This document shows positions 1-11,080 of a DNA stretch of 64,000 bases, piece after piece. The stretch is taken from contig OX638149.1 of the NCBI GenBank assembly GCA_951804945.1, positions 34,038,001 to 34,102,000 on the forward strand, given 5' to 3'. Position 1 is the stretch's first letter, and every line of letters begins with the position of its first letter. Position numbers and translations under genes: made by a program. Under the pieces are notes generated by a model, which made no database searches, was not told the DNA's origin, and saw nothing but the letters and a program-made list of their open reading frames with translations. This stretch comes from Podarcis cretensis (taxonomy: Eukaryota).

Positions 1-1073
1 GAAGGGAACGCAGTGGATGTAGCCTACCTTGATTTCAGCAAGGCATTTGACAAGGTGCCCCATGATATTATTGTAAAGAAGCTGGTAAAATGCGGTCTTG
101 ACTATGCTACCACTCAGTGGATTTGTAACGGGCTGACTGACCAAACCCAAAGGGTGCTCATCAATGGTTCCTCTTCATCCTGGTGCCACAGGGTTCTGTC
201 TTGGGCCCGGTCTTATTCAACATCTTTATCAACGACTTGGATGATGGACTCAAGGGCATCCTGATCAAATTTGCAGATGACACCAAACTGGGAGGGGTCG
301 CTAACACCCCAGAGGACAGGATCACACTTCAAAACGACCTTGACAGATTAGAGAACTGGGCCAAAACAAACAAGATGAATTTTAACAGGGAGAAATGTAA
401 AGTATTGCACTTGGGCAAAAAAAATGAGAGGCACAAATATAAGATGGGTGACACCTGGCTTGAGAGCAGTACATGTGAAAAGGATCTAGGAGTCTTGGTT
501 GACCACAAACTTGACATGAGCCAACAGTGTGACGCGGCAGCTAAAAAAGCCAATGCAATTCTGGGCTGCATCAATAGGAGTATAGCATCTAGATCAAGGG
601 AAGTAATAGTGCCACTGTATTCTGCTCTGGTCAGACCTCACCTGGAGTACTGTGTCCAGTTCTGGGCACCACAGTTCAAGAAGGACACTGACAAACTGGA
701 ACGTGTCCAGAGGAGGGCAACCAAAATGGTCAAAGGCCTGGAAACGATGCCTTATGAGGAACGGCTAAGGGAGCTGGGCATGTTTAGCCTGGAGAAGAGG
801 AGGTTAAGGGGTGATATGATAGCCATGTTCAAATATATAAAAGGATGTCACATAGAGGAGGGAGAAAGGTTGTTTTCTGCTGCTCCAGAGAAGCGGACAC
901 GGAGCAATGGTTCCAAACTACAAGAAAGAAGATTCCACCTAAACATTAGGAAGAACTTCCTGACAGTAAGAGCTGTTTGACAGTGGAATTTGCTGCCAAG
1001 GAGTGTGGTGGAGTCTCCTTCTTTGGAGGTCTTTAAGCAGAGGCTTGACAACCATATGTCAGGAGTGCTCTGA
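1..1073 (+). pseudogene. Disrupted CR1 ORF2 reverse transcriptase fragment
   Basis: Frameshifting deletion near 183 (SSSSW jumps to PQGS in another frame). Premature TGA at 978-980 where RAVRQWN is expected (CGA>TGA). The frame continues QWNLLPRSVVESPSLEVFKQRLDNHMSGVL to TGA 1071-1073. Confidence 0.9.
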
Positions 1074-1150
1074 TGGTGTTTCCTGCTTGGCAGGGGGTTG
1101 GACTCGATGGCCCTTGTGGTCTCTTCCAACTCTATGATTCTATGATTCTA
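1..1150 (+). mobile_element. CR1 LINE 3' portion (RT domain, 3' UTR, ATTCTATG tail), cut by the window edge
   Basis: Translations [39 protein letters not shown] and [16 protein letters not shown] are CR1 ORF2 motifs. The element ends in tandem TCTATGATTC/ATTCTATG repeats at 1131-1150. Confidence 0.97.
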
Positions 1151-1390
1151 GATAAATCCATGGAGGGTAAAGTTATCAGTGGGTACTAGCCTGGATAGAT
1201 GTCTTCTATCTCCACTGTCAGTGCCAGTATGCTTCTGATGACTAGTTGCTGGAAATCACAAATGAGGAGAGCACTGTTGCAACCCCTTGCTTGTGGGCTT
1301 CCCATCTGGCATCTGATTGGCCACTGTGAGAAAGGGATGCTGGGGGAGATGGGTCTTTAGTCTGATCCAGCAGGTCCCTTCTTATGCACT
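1151..1390 (+). mobile_element. Older CR1-subfamily 3' end/UTR
   Basis: gataaatccatggagg...ggccactgtgagaaagggatgctgg...tctgatccagcagg...cttcttatg resembles the squamate CR1 3' UTR with a TTCTTATG-type tail. A related copy lies at 4520-4700. Confidence 0.65.
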
Positions 1391-2010
1391 TAGTTACTTT
1401 AGCCATGTTGAAAAAGAATTCCTCAGTCCAGCAATGCTTAGTAAGCTAAGAAAGATTCAAGACCTGTAGCTGAGAGCCAAAATTGAAACTGGGAGCCAAA
1501 ATTTAATTTTAAAATTTCCAGAACTGAAATGCTTATAAACAAACTTAGAATGCAGACTGTTCCCTTACTGTTTATATTATTAATTGGCTCAGATACTTAA
1601 AAAAAAAAAGGGGGGGGGTTCCATATGCATTTCATTACCGCATGGCATCTAAAAGCCAATGACATACTTACAGGTGTTAATATTTTTATTTATTAGACAA
1701 GCTTCGATATTGATTGTGAAAGATCAGAAATTTAGTAGAGGGACTCATTTTACAGAAATGCTATGTAGGCATGTTTACAAAAGACTGGCTTGCCAACTTT
1801 GAATACCTTAATAGCTTCAAATCTTTGGTCCCTGTTTGCATGCTGAACTTTAAAAAATGTGATTTACTCCAGGAACAAGTGCTGTTTTTTCTGCAGAATT
1901 AATGTTGAACGTAGGTATTCAATCACTACTTTGCAAAGTCCAGCTAGTGTATCCTTTAATAAGTGATTGTCCATATGCAATGCATAATGCCCATATGTAA
2001 TGCATAATGC

Positions 2011-2040
2011 AGAAAGAAAGAAAGAAAAAAGAAAGAAAGA
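2011..2040. repeat. (AAAG)n microsatellite
   Basis: agaaagaaagaaagaaaaaagaaagaaaga. Confidence 0.9.
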
Positions 2041-3389
2041 CTACAACTGGAATGGCTTAGCATTTTAGACTTAAAATATCATTTCCTTAGAAGAGATATT
2101 CTACCTTAGTATGACATAAGTGTTGTGTAATTGTGTCTTGAAAGGCAAAATAAATAGGCATTTAGAAAAGCCTATAGGTATATCCATAGATGATTACATA
2201 TCTAGATATTTTTATATGCATACAGTGGAATTTCTGATGCTACAGTAAATTAAGAAGTTGGATGCTTTTCATATGCTATCCTATTTCAGTAACACAGAAC
2301 AACCTTGAACCACACTAGAGCAATAATTACCTAACCTAAATCAGAGACAAGCCCAGCCAAACAGCTGTTTTCAGTTTGTTAGGAGATCCATTTGATTTAC
2401 TCTCTTGGTCAGCTTTCATTACTGTATAAGACAAAACTTCAGTTTAGTTTTTAACCCTGAATTCCCAGTCTTGTTTGCATGCTGCTACAAAATTGCATGC
2501 TTGAACTGTCAGAGCCATTCAGCATGCTAGAGAGCTACTGTTGTGTTTTGTAAGGACTCTGGTTTTTAGGAGGGAGACATTTGAGTTCCCAATTGTATGG
2601 GCAAAACAAAGCCCCAGATCCACACAGTATTCCTAAAGCAAACTGAAAGTTAACTTTCAGACACTCCTGTTTACTGACATGCCAAACCAACCTATAGGAC
2701 TGGGATATCCTCAACAGATTATTTCACAAGAGGGTACTGAATTATCCATAACCAGCACCTAGAATGGGAGCAGGAGCTGAGCCAGGAAGTTATGGAGCTG
2801 TGTAAGTGAGATGGTGCTAAGGAGCTCAGTAGGGAACTCAGCCCAGCAAGCATCAGGAGGACACTGAGAGACTTCTATCCTCGCTACCAATTTCTCCTCT
2901 TCCTGGTCATCAGATGGGAGGGAAAAGCTGAGTCTTTTCCTTTCTCCTGAGTTAACCATTACTTCTGAGGTGAGCTGTAAAAATATAGCTTTCTAGCAGC
3001 CAAAGGAGTTCTCCTAGGTTGGCTCTAGGCTTTCCACTCAGTCCATTGCTGCCTTCACTATTAAATGAGGAATCAAGGCAGGTCTTGATGGGTGATTGGA
3101 GGCCTTAGCTGAGACACCCATGAGCCAAGGCACTTCAGGCTAATTTGGAAATTTTGTGGGTTCTGCCAGGTCTTCAATTTTCTTCAGGATCTCCATGAGG
3201 CTCCATAATTGCTGTCTTAATTTCCATGTCATAAAATGCTTGATTCTGTTAAATTTACACCTCAGCAGTGCTGCTAGTTCATAGTCTAAAACTAAGTTGG
3301 GGGGAGTTTCAAGTGCTGTGTGTTTGGTGTACCTAGCCATATATGGGACCTTCAGCTTCCTTTGGGGGACGTTCAAGCCCACATCTTCG

Positions 3390-3768
3390 TTGCACTATGC
3401 ACTGTGTGATGAATTTCTTTCTTTTGTCTGCTTGAATTTTCCAACATTCACTGGATGGCCTTGGGTTTTAGTATTATTAGAGAGGAAGGAAAGCTTCTTT
3501 CTATTCAATTTCTCCACACTATGCACAATATTTTACAGCAAACCTCTATCATGTCTCTCCCTGACTTACCATTTTTCTAATCTAAAAATCCCTTATAGGG
3601 CAATTGCTCCAGTCTTCTCTTTGGAAACTTTCCTGTTCTGACGAAGCAAGCAGAACTGTACGCAGTATTCCAAGTGGGACGGCACCATAAGTATGTCAAA
3701 TGGCATTAGGATATTGGCAGTTTTATTTTCAAACCCTTTCCTAACCATCCCTATCATGGAATTTTCAC
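3390..3768 (-). mobile_element. Degenerate CR1 ORF2 fragment
   Basis: cagaactgtacgcagtattccaagtg is the reverse complement of HLEYCVQF. The rest is antisense CR1 ORF2 with many indels. Confidence 0.75.
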
Positions 3769-3773
3769 AGCGC

Positions 3774-4290
3774 TCAAACAGCGAATGCAGTAATTATAAG
3801 GACAGGTGCAATGTGATCATTGCATGCTGCTCCACTCAGAAGTTGAGCACTTACATTCTGTACCAATTGCACCTTCAGGATCATCTTCAAGGACAGCCCC
3901 ATGGAAAGAGCATAACAGTTATCCAAGTATGAGGTTATCAGGACATGCATAACTGAGACCAGGTTGTTCTGGTCCAGGAATTGCTGTACAGTGGTACCTT
4001 GGCACTTGAACCGCTTGGCTCCTGAACAAATCAGCTCCCAAACACTACAAACCCAGAAGTGAGTGTTCCAGTTTGTGAATATTTTTCGGAAGCAGAATGT
4101 CCAACGTGACTTCTGCGGCTTCCGGTTGAGTGCAAGAAGTTCCTGCAGCCAACTGGAAGCCGCACCTTGGTTTTTGAACTGACTCCCGGAACAGATTAAG
4201 TTCGAGAACCAAGGTACCACTGTAGCTATTATACCTGCTGAAGCTGGGCATGGGCACTCCTTGCCACTTAGGCCACTTAAGCCTGAAAGG
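3774..4290 (-). mobile_element. Degenerate L2 LINE ORF2 fragment, interrupted by a MITE
   Basis: Minus translation HVLITSYLDNCYALSMGLSLKMILKVQLVQNVSAQLL...DHIAPVL matches the L2 motif LVTSRLDYCNALY.GLP...LQLVQNAAARLL...HITPVL. L2-like sequence resumes after 4224. Confidence 0.8.
3989..4222. mobile_element. Tc1/mariner (Tigger-like) MITE
   Basis: TIRs CAGTGGTACCTTGG / CCAAGGTACCACTG, flanked by TA at 3987-3988 and 4223-4224. Confidence 0.9.
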
Positions 4291-4519
4291 GGTTTCCTTC
4301 AACAAGCCAAATGATAATGCACCACTAAAAGAAAAAGCCAGTGTGTCTCAATATGCTTCTGTACGTTATTTTGGGGATATTCTTTAGGGTGCACAATGGT
4401 GAAGGCCATATCTGCTGAAAGCCATGGTGGTAGAGGTGGCAAGGATGCTTCTGAAACATCCTTCTCTGCAAGAGGGAACATTATGGAAGACACTGCGTCA
4501 TTACAGTTTCGTTTTCAGG

Positions 4520-4700
4520 TTGCCTCGCCTTCTACTACTACAGTTCACGGCTGAAGTGCTCCTGAATTCCAGTTGCTGGACGCCACATGAGTGGGGAGTG
4601 CTTTTGTGCTCAGATCCTGCCTGTGGGTTTTCCACAGGCATTTGGTCAGCCACTGTGAGAAAAGAATGCTGTATTAGATGGGCAGGCTCCTCTTATATTT
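4520..4700 (+). mobile_element. Old CR1 3' UTR fragment
   Basis: ccagttgctgg...cctgcctgtgggttttccacaggcatttggtcagccactgtgagaaaagaatgctg parallels 1240-1385. Confidence 0.6.
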
Positions 4701-4978
4701 CCCAAGTGCTCCACAAGCTTCAGTCAGATGGTCTGTGAAGAGCCCTTAAAATCTGAATCCTATGGAATCCAAATTGTTATATAATAACATACAACATAAG
4801 AAACAAAAGAAGCAATATAAGACAATTAAAAATCACATAGCAACTAGTACAGCACATTACAGTTGCCAAAACAGGCAGAAAAATATTTTGGTGGTCCATG
4901 AAGAGCTTCAGCAATTTCTAAGTGTTCCATGGCGGGGTGTGTATGTGAGTTTGGGAACCAATGTTTTTCTACATTGTT

Positions 4979-6211
4979 TTTTTTTTTTAAATAATATTTA
5001 TTCAAATTTTAAAGGTTACAAAAAGCAAAAGGAAAAAAAGCAAAAAGAAAAGTAAAAAAGACAGAAAAAAGGCAGAAAAAATACAATCAGTTAAAAAAAA
5101 ATAGAACAAATCGAACCTTTACATAGCTTTCTTTCCTTTACTTATTTCCTTGACCTCCTCACACCTCCCATTTTTGTATTCTAATTCAAATTATTGTTTC
5201 AGCAAATCCTTCCAACCTTGTTTTTATCTTAATAATTTGTCTTAATATACTATAATTTTACATTCTCTCTTTCACCAATTCGTTTTTACTTAATCCTTTA
5301 TGTCCTTTCTGCCAAAACCACATAGTTTTCTTTTTCCAACATCTTTCTAACAATCCTTAATTTTACAATATTTTTGAAGATAAACTTTAAATTTTTTCCA
5401 ATCTTCTTCCACCGACTCTTCTCCTTGGTCCCGGATTCTGCCAGTCATCTCAGCCAGTTCCATGTATTCCATCACCTTCATCTGCCATTCTTCCCGGGTG
5501 GATAGATCTTGTGTTTTCCAATACTTTGCAATAAGTATTCTTGCTGCTGTTGTGGCGTACATAAAAAAAGTTCTATCCTCCTTGGCCAACCATGTCCAAC
5601 CTCTGGTTTCTTCTGAAAGGTATATTTAAATACCTTTTTCATATCATTATAGATCATCTCCCAGAAGGTCTTAATCTTTGGGCATGTCCACCAGAGGTGA
5701 AAGAATGTACCTTCAATCTCTTTACATTTCCAACATTTATTATCGGGCAAATGATAATTTTTTGCAAGCTTGACTGGTGTCAAATACCACCTGTAAATCA
5801 TTTTCATTATATTCTCTCTTAAGGCATTACATGCCGTAAACTTCATACCTGTGGTCCAAAACATTTCCCAGTCAGCCATCATAATGTTATGTCCAACATC
5901 TTGTGCCCATTTAATCATAACAGATTTAACCGTTTCATCCTGTGTATTCCATTTCAACAGCAAGTTATACATTCTTGACAAATTCTTAGTTTTAGGATCT
6001 AACAATTCTGTTTCCAATTTTGATTTTTCCACCTGAAAACCAATTTTCTTGTCCAAGTTAAAAACCTCCCTTATTTGATAATAATGAAGCCAATCTCGTA
6101 CTTTATTTTTTAGTTTGTCAAAGCTCTGCAGTTTTAATCCATCTCCTTCTTGTTCCAAAATTTCACAATATTTCGGCCAATTTGCCTCCATATTTTTTTC
6201 AGAGCCTTAGC
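4979..6211 (-). mobile_element. 5'-truncated L1-clade LINE (ORF2 C-terminus, 3' UTR, poly-A)
   Basis: CWKCKEIEGTFFHLWWTC zinc knuckle. Poly-T plus tttatt (AATAAA on minus) at the left end. 13-bp TSD TTTCTACATTGTT at 4966-4978 and 6212-6224. Frameshifting deletions near 5585-5600. Confidence 0.95.
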
Positions 6212-6853
6212 TTTCTACATTGTTGTTAATCAAAGGTTTCTAGTATGCTATAGCAAGAAATTTGAAATTTATTAATTTGATTAAGTATAAGTGTTTTACA
6301 ATGTGGAGTTGTTGAATAGTTATCATCATTTTACTTGATCAAAACAAAGTAAAGTATTATATTATTTTTATATATAAAATTTCATAGTACAACATATACA
6401 AATAAATACAAATAAACAGGCCAAACCCTACACCAAAGGATAAATGGAAATAAATCTGACATCAGGAATCACAAGACAGAGAAACCAGTAGGAGAACACT
6501 TCAATCTCCCAGGACATTCAATACAAGGTCTCAAAGTAGCTGTCTTATCACAAAAGAATTTCAGAAATAGACTGGAAAGAGAAGTTGCTGAATCGCAACT
6601 TATTACCAAACTTAAAACCATGGAGAGACCTGGTCTGAATAGAGACATTGGATTCTTATCTCATTATACATGATAAAGCTATTTTTAGCCATCTCACCCC
6701 TTGCTTTTTCCTGTAAGACCAATTGCAGTCGTTAACAGTCGTCATCAGGTTTACCACACCTATCAGCCAATCACCCATTCCCACCGCCCTTCTGAGTAAT
6801 ACTCCTCCCCACCCTCCCACTATACATAAGGGTCTGGTGACTTCTGTTTCAGT

Positions 6854-6891
6854 GTATCTGAAGAAGTGTGCATGCACACGAAAGCTCATAC
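6854..6891 (+). ncRNA. Minimal type I hammerhead ribozyme (Penelope-associated)
   Basis: GUAU-CUGAAGA-A-GUGUG CAUG CACAC-GAAA-GC-UC-AUAC. Stem I is GUAU/AUAC, the core is CUGANGA, stem II is 5 bp, then GAAA, a palindromic AGCU stem III and a UC cleavage site after 6887. Confidence 0.8.
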
Positions 6892-6928
6892 CAAGAACAA
6901 ACTTAGTTGGTCTCTAAGGTGCTACTCG

Positions 6929-7292
6929 TGGGACGCAGGTGGCGCTGTGGGTTAAAGCCTCAGCGCCTAGGGCTTGCCGATCGAAAGGTCGGCGGTTCGA
7001 ATCCCTGCGGCGGGGTGCGCTCCCGCTGCTCGGTCCCAGCGCCTGCCAACCTAGCAGTTCGAAAGCACCTCCGGGTGCAAGTAGATAAATAGGGACCGCT
7101 TACCAGCGGGAAGGTAAACGGCGTTTCCGTGTGCGGCTCTGGCTCGCCAGAGCAGCGATGTCACGCTGGCCACGTGACCCGGAAGTGTCTCCGGACAGCG
7201 CTGGCCCCTGGCCTCTTTAGTGAGATGGGCGCACAACCCCAGAGTCTGTCAAGACTGGCCCGTACGGGCAGGGGTACCTTTAACTTTACCTT
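6929..7292 (+). mobile_element. Sauria SINE (young GC-rich subfamily), full length
   Basis: tRNA-like head with A box TGGCGCTGTGGG and B box GGTTCGAATCC, and an (ACCTTT)n tail. 12-bp TSD TAAGGTGCTACT at 6915-6926 and 7293-7304. Confidence 0.95.
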
Positions 7293-8320
7293 TAAGGTGC
7301 TACTGGAAGGAATTTTTTTATTTTGTTTTGACTACGGCAGACTGACACGGCTACCTACCTGTAAATAAATACAACGTTACAGTGACAGATGCCTAAGCAT
7401 AGTACCTTCCCATTTCAGTAACTACACTGATATAACAATATTTGGTATTCCATCCCTTCTTTTTATCCCATTGTGCTCGGAGACCCAGCACTTCAGAAAG
7501 TTTGCAGCTACATAGGAATGTTTCATATACATGTCATAGTATGTATGTATATAATGCAATAAGAGTAACCAAGGTGAAACAGGTGACCTCAAGAAACAAC
7601 TTTTGGTTAACAAATGCATATCTTTAAGTTGAAAATTTAATTATTTGCCTTAAATTTGTGCTTCTCGGAGCTTAATGCCAGACCATGTTAAATAAACGTA
7701 TTGTTTCCGTTTTTCATTTAACCAATGGGTTATACTATGACAAATCTGTTTTATATCCTCAATCAACAGATGATTGTATTTGGTAATAATTTATCAAGAA
7801 TAAAATCTGTTTTTGAAACTAATCACCTCATGTTCGGTCTGCCCTTTTTCAAACCTACCATCTGATATTCATTTTGTCTGCAAGACAAACATAGTGATGA
7901 AAATGCATATGCCACAGGATATGGTCTGTGGAATGAAGCAGTTCTCGTTCTCTCTCTCTCTCTCTTTCTCCCCACATATATTTGAAATATATGGATAAAT
8001 TTATTCCCCCAACACATGGGCCAAATTTTCATATTGAAGAGGAGAGGAAAATCAATTTTGCATAGCACCAAAACAATTATGAAACCAGAATTATGTAATT
8101 CTGATTCGTTTTGCATCTTAGAATCCAGTGAAATGTATGGGTCAGCGCAGCCCGCTTCCAGGATGTAAAATCTGAAAAAAAAGGAAAATGGGTTGCCTTT
8201 GCAAGCTCAAATAGAGATTTCCTGTTTGACCAAATAAAATCACAAGCTACAAGATCACTGGTACAGAATGAACCTGGGGCCGTGTACAGAACTTGTTTCC
8301 AAAACTGTCTATATATTTCC

Positions 8321-10336
8321 TTCTTTTAAAAAAATAATATTTATTAAAATTTTACAAAATCAAAAATAAAAACATACATAATAAAACAAGAAACAGAAAA
8401 AATTCTCAAAAAGGAATACAAAATACAAAAAACAAGAAAAGTACAAAAAAATAGAAAGTAGAAAATTAAAACCACTCAATTTTTGATAATTTAAGCTCAT
8501 TAACTTGTTTCTTTGACTTCCTCACACCTCCCCCCTCTGTATTCCCATTAAAGTATTCAGATCAGCAAATCCTTATCCTCTTTCATTTATCTTAACTCTA
8601 AATCTTAACATATTGTAACCCTATAATTTCACCAAATTTTAATTCATTTTTGCATACTCTTTTTAACTTTTGTTGCTAGTACCACTTATTTTCAATTTAA
8701 CATCATTTTAACATTCATTAATTTTACAGTGTTTCCGCAAATAATCTTTAAATTTCTTCCAATCTTGTTCCACCAGCTCTTCTCCCAGATCTCGAATTCT
8801 GCCAGTCATTTCCGCTAATTCCATATAGTCCATCACCTTCATCTGCCACTCTTCCAGGGTGGGTAGATCTTGTGTCTTCCAATACTTTGCAATAAGTATT
8901 CTTGCTGCCGTTGTTGCATACATAAAGAAAGTTCTATCCTTCTTTGGCACCAATTGGCCGACCATGCCCAGGAGAAAGGCCTCTGGTTTCTTCAAGAAGG
9001 TATACCTAAATACCTTTTTCATTTCATTATAAATCATCTCCCAGAAAGCCTTAATCCTTGGGCACGTCCACCATAGGTGAAAGAATGTACCTTCAGTCTC
9101 TTTACAATTCCAACATTTATTATCAGGCAAATGGTAAATTTTTGCAAGCTGGACTGGTGTCATGTACCACCTGTAGGTCATTTTCATAATATTCTCTCTT
9201 AAGGCATTGCATGCCGTAAATTTCATACCGGTGGTCCACAACTGTTCCCAGTCAGCAAACATGATATTATGACCAATATCTTGTGCCCATTTAATCATGG
9301 CTGATTTAACCGTTTCATCCTGAGTATTCCATTTTAACAGCAAGTTATACATTCTTGAAAGTATCTTAGTTTTGGGATCTAACAGTTCTGTTTCCAATTT
9401 TGATTTTTCCACTTGGAAGCCAATTTTTTAATCCAAATTGTAGGCCTCCCTTATTTGAAAGTAATGAAGCCAGTCTCGCACTTTATCTTTTAATTTCTCA
9501 AAACTCTGCAGTTTCAATTTGTCTCCTTCTTGTTCCAATATTTCCCAATATTTCGGCCATTTGGCCTCCATATTGAGTCTTTTCAAAGCCTTTGCTTCCA
9601 TTGGTGACAACCACCTTGGGGTTTTATTTTCCAGTAAGTCTTTATATCTTGTCCAGACATTAAACAATGCTTTCCTGACAATATGGTTTTTAAATGCTTT
9701 ATGTACTTTAACCTTGTCATACCACAAATATGCATGCCACCCAAAAGCATTATTAAAACCTTCTAAACCCAAAATGTCTGTGTTCTCAAGAAGCAGCCAT
9801 TCTTTCAGCCAGCAAAATGCTGCTGATTCATAATAGAGTTTAAGGTCTGGCAGGGCAAATCCACCTCTATCCTTTGCATCAGTAAGTATTTTAAATTTTA
9901 TTCTGGGCTTCTTGCCCTGCCAGACAAATCTGGAGATATCTCTCTGCCACTTCTTGAAACAGTCCATCTTGTCCAAAATTTGCAGTGATTGAAACAAAAA
10001 TAACATTTTTGGCAATACATTCATCTTTATGGCTGCAATTCGACCCAACAAGGAAAGCTTTAAATTTGACCATATTTCTAAATCTTTTTTCACTTCTGCC
10101 CAACATTTCTCATAGTTATCTTTAAAAAGATTTAGGTTCTTAGCAGTCATATTAACCCCTAGATATTTCACTTTCTTAGCCAATGTTAAACCTGTCTCCT
10201 TCTGAAACCTCTCTTTCTCAATTGATGTAAAATTTTTCTCAAGTACTTTAGTTTTTGACTTGTTCAACTTAAATCCTGCCACATGACCAAATTCTTGAAT
10301 CATTTCTAATACTCTTTTCGTACTAGATTCTGGCTC
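8321..10336 (-). mobile_element. 5'-truncated L1-clade LINE, about 2.0 kb
   Basis: ORF2 with KYLG (end of RT), LSLLGRIAAIKMNVLPK, GGFALPDLKLYY and the CCHC knuckle. Perfect 22-bp TSD CCAAAACTGTCTATATATTTCC at 8299-8320 and 10337-10358. Confidence 0.96.
8708..10336 (-). pseudogene. L1 ORF2 C-terminal ~540 codons with one in-frame stop
   Basis: ORFs 9428..10303 and 8708..9412 share one frame and are separated only by TAA at 9428-9430 (NLD*KIGFQVEK, versus NLDKKIGFQVEK in the 4979-6211 copy). Confidence 0.9.
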
Positions 10337-10459
10337 CCAAAACTGTCTATATATTTCCAGTACTATTTATCCTTTCATTTATTATATTTGTTAGATGCTT
10401 CATAACGTGCAAAATTAATTAAAATAAACATAATTTATCATATGTAGTGGACCTGTAGA

Positions 10460-10928
10460 GTAGCTAAGGAATTTTGGGAAATGATACATAATGAGTTGAA
10501 AAAATAGTTTAAAAAGACTATTCCAAGGAGACCAGAGGGGTTTTTTTAAAGGTATAATGAGATCAGAGATATCAAATAAACAAATGAATTTATTTCTAAA
10601 TGAAACTACTGCTTCCAGAATTTTATATGCCCCAAAATGGCAAGAGGAAGCAGTCCCCACAAAAGAGAAGTGGCAGATGAAATTGATGGAATATGTAGAA
10701 TGAGCAAGATCAACAAGTAAAATTAGAGAAGAGACAACTTTTAAAGAGGACTGAAAATTATTTGTAGATTATTAAAATAATTATTGTAAGAATGCTAGAA
10801 TGCTAGCTGGTTTGGAGTAAGCTCAGCAGTTAAAATTGCAATGAGAAAAATTTGGAGGTAAGAATGATTAAGAAAAGCAGAATATGCAGCAGAAATAGAT
10901 AATTTGAGGAAACCATGGAAGGGCAGTC

Positions 10929-10969
<41 letters not shown>

Positions 10970-11080
10970 GTTGAATTGTTGAACTGAAATTGTTGAATTG
11001 TTGATGTGATTGAATTGTATAGTATTTTTCTTTTTTACTCTGATTGTATTTTGAAAAGTCTATAAATAAAAATTAAAAAA
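10460..11080 (+). mobile_element. Older L1-clade 3' end fragment
   Basis: Remnant translations WEMIHNELKK and TTASRILYAPKWQEEAVPTKEKWQMKLMEY resemble the neighbouring L1 C-terminus. It ends in AATAAA plus an A-rich tail and contains (AAT)n at 10929-10966. Confidence 0.75.

Larger units (their letters stand above)
6416..7364 (+). mobile_element. Penelope-like element 3' part (GIY-YIG endonuclease C-terminus plus pLTR-type tail), interrupted by a Sauria SINE
   Basis: 6416-6673 reads open: TGQTLHQRINGNKSDIRNHKTEKPVGEHFNLPGHSIQGLKVAVLSQKNFRNRLEREVAESQLITKLKTMERPGLNRDIGFLSHYT*, typical of Penelope GIY-YIG. It is absent from the ORF track because it has no early start codon. A hammerhead motif and the tail ggtctctaaggtgctact...cagactgacacggctacc follow. 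Possible TSD AAATAAATACAA at 6400-6411 and 7363-7374. Confidence 0.9.

Noticed and set aside
183-980. 265-aa RT ORF as a host gene or retron-like system
   Set aside because: It is a standard CR1 ORF2 piece with a frameshift, a premature stop and a CR1 tail.
2700-3300. Possible exon or old TE ORF (66- and 80-aa minus ORFs)
   Set aside because: No recognisable motif or splice pair, so no call can be supported.
6931-7010. tRNA gene (A and B boxes present)
   Set aside because: It is a SINE head continuous with the Sauria body and tail. No full cloverleaf. The same applies to 43810 and 61722.
7040-7190. Ribozyme within the Sauria SINE body
   Set aside because: The body is structured, but I could not map an HDV-like or hammerhead core by eye.
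7051-7368. Recurring peptides such as HAGHVTRKCLRTALAPG at several loci
   Set aside because: Translations of repeated SINE copies, not a gene family.
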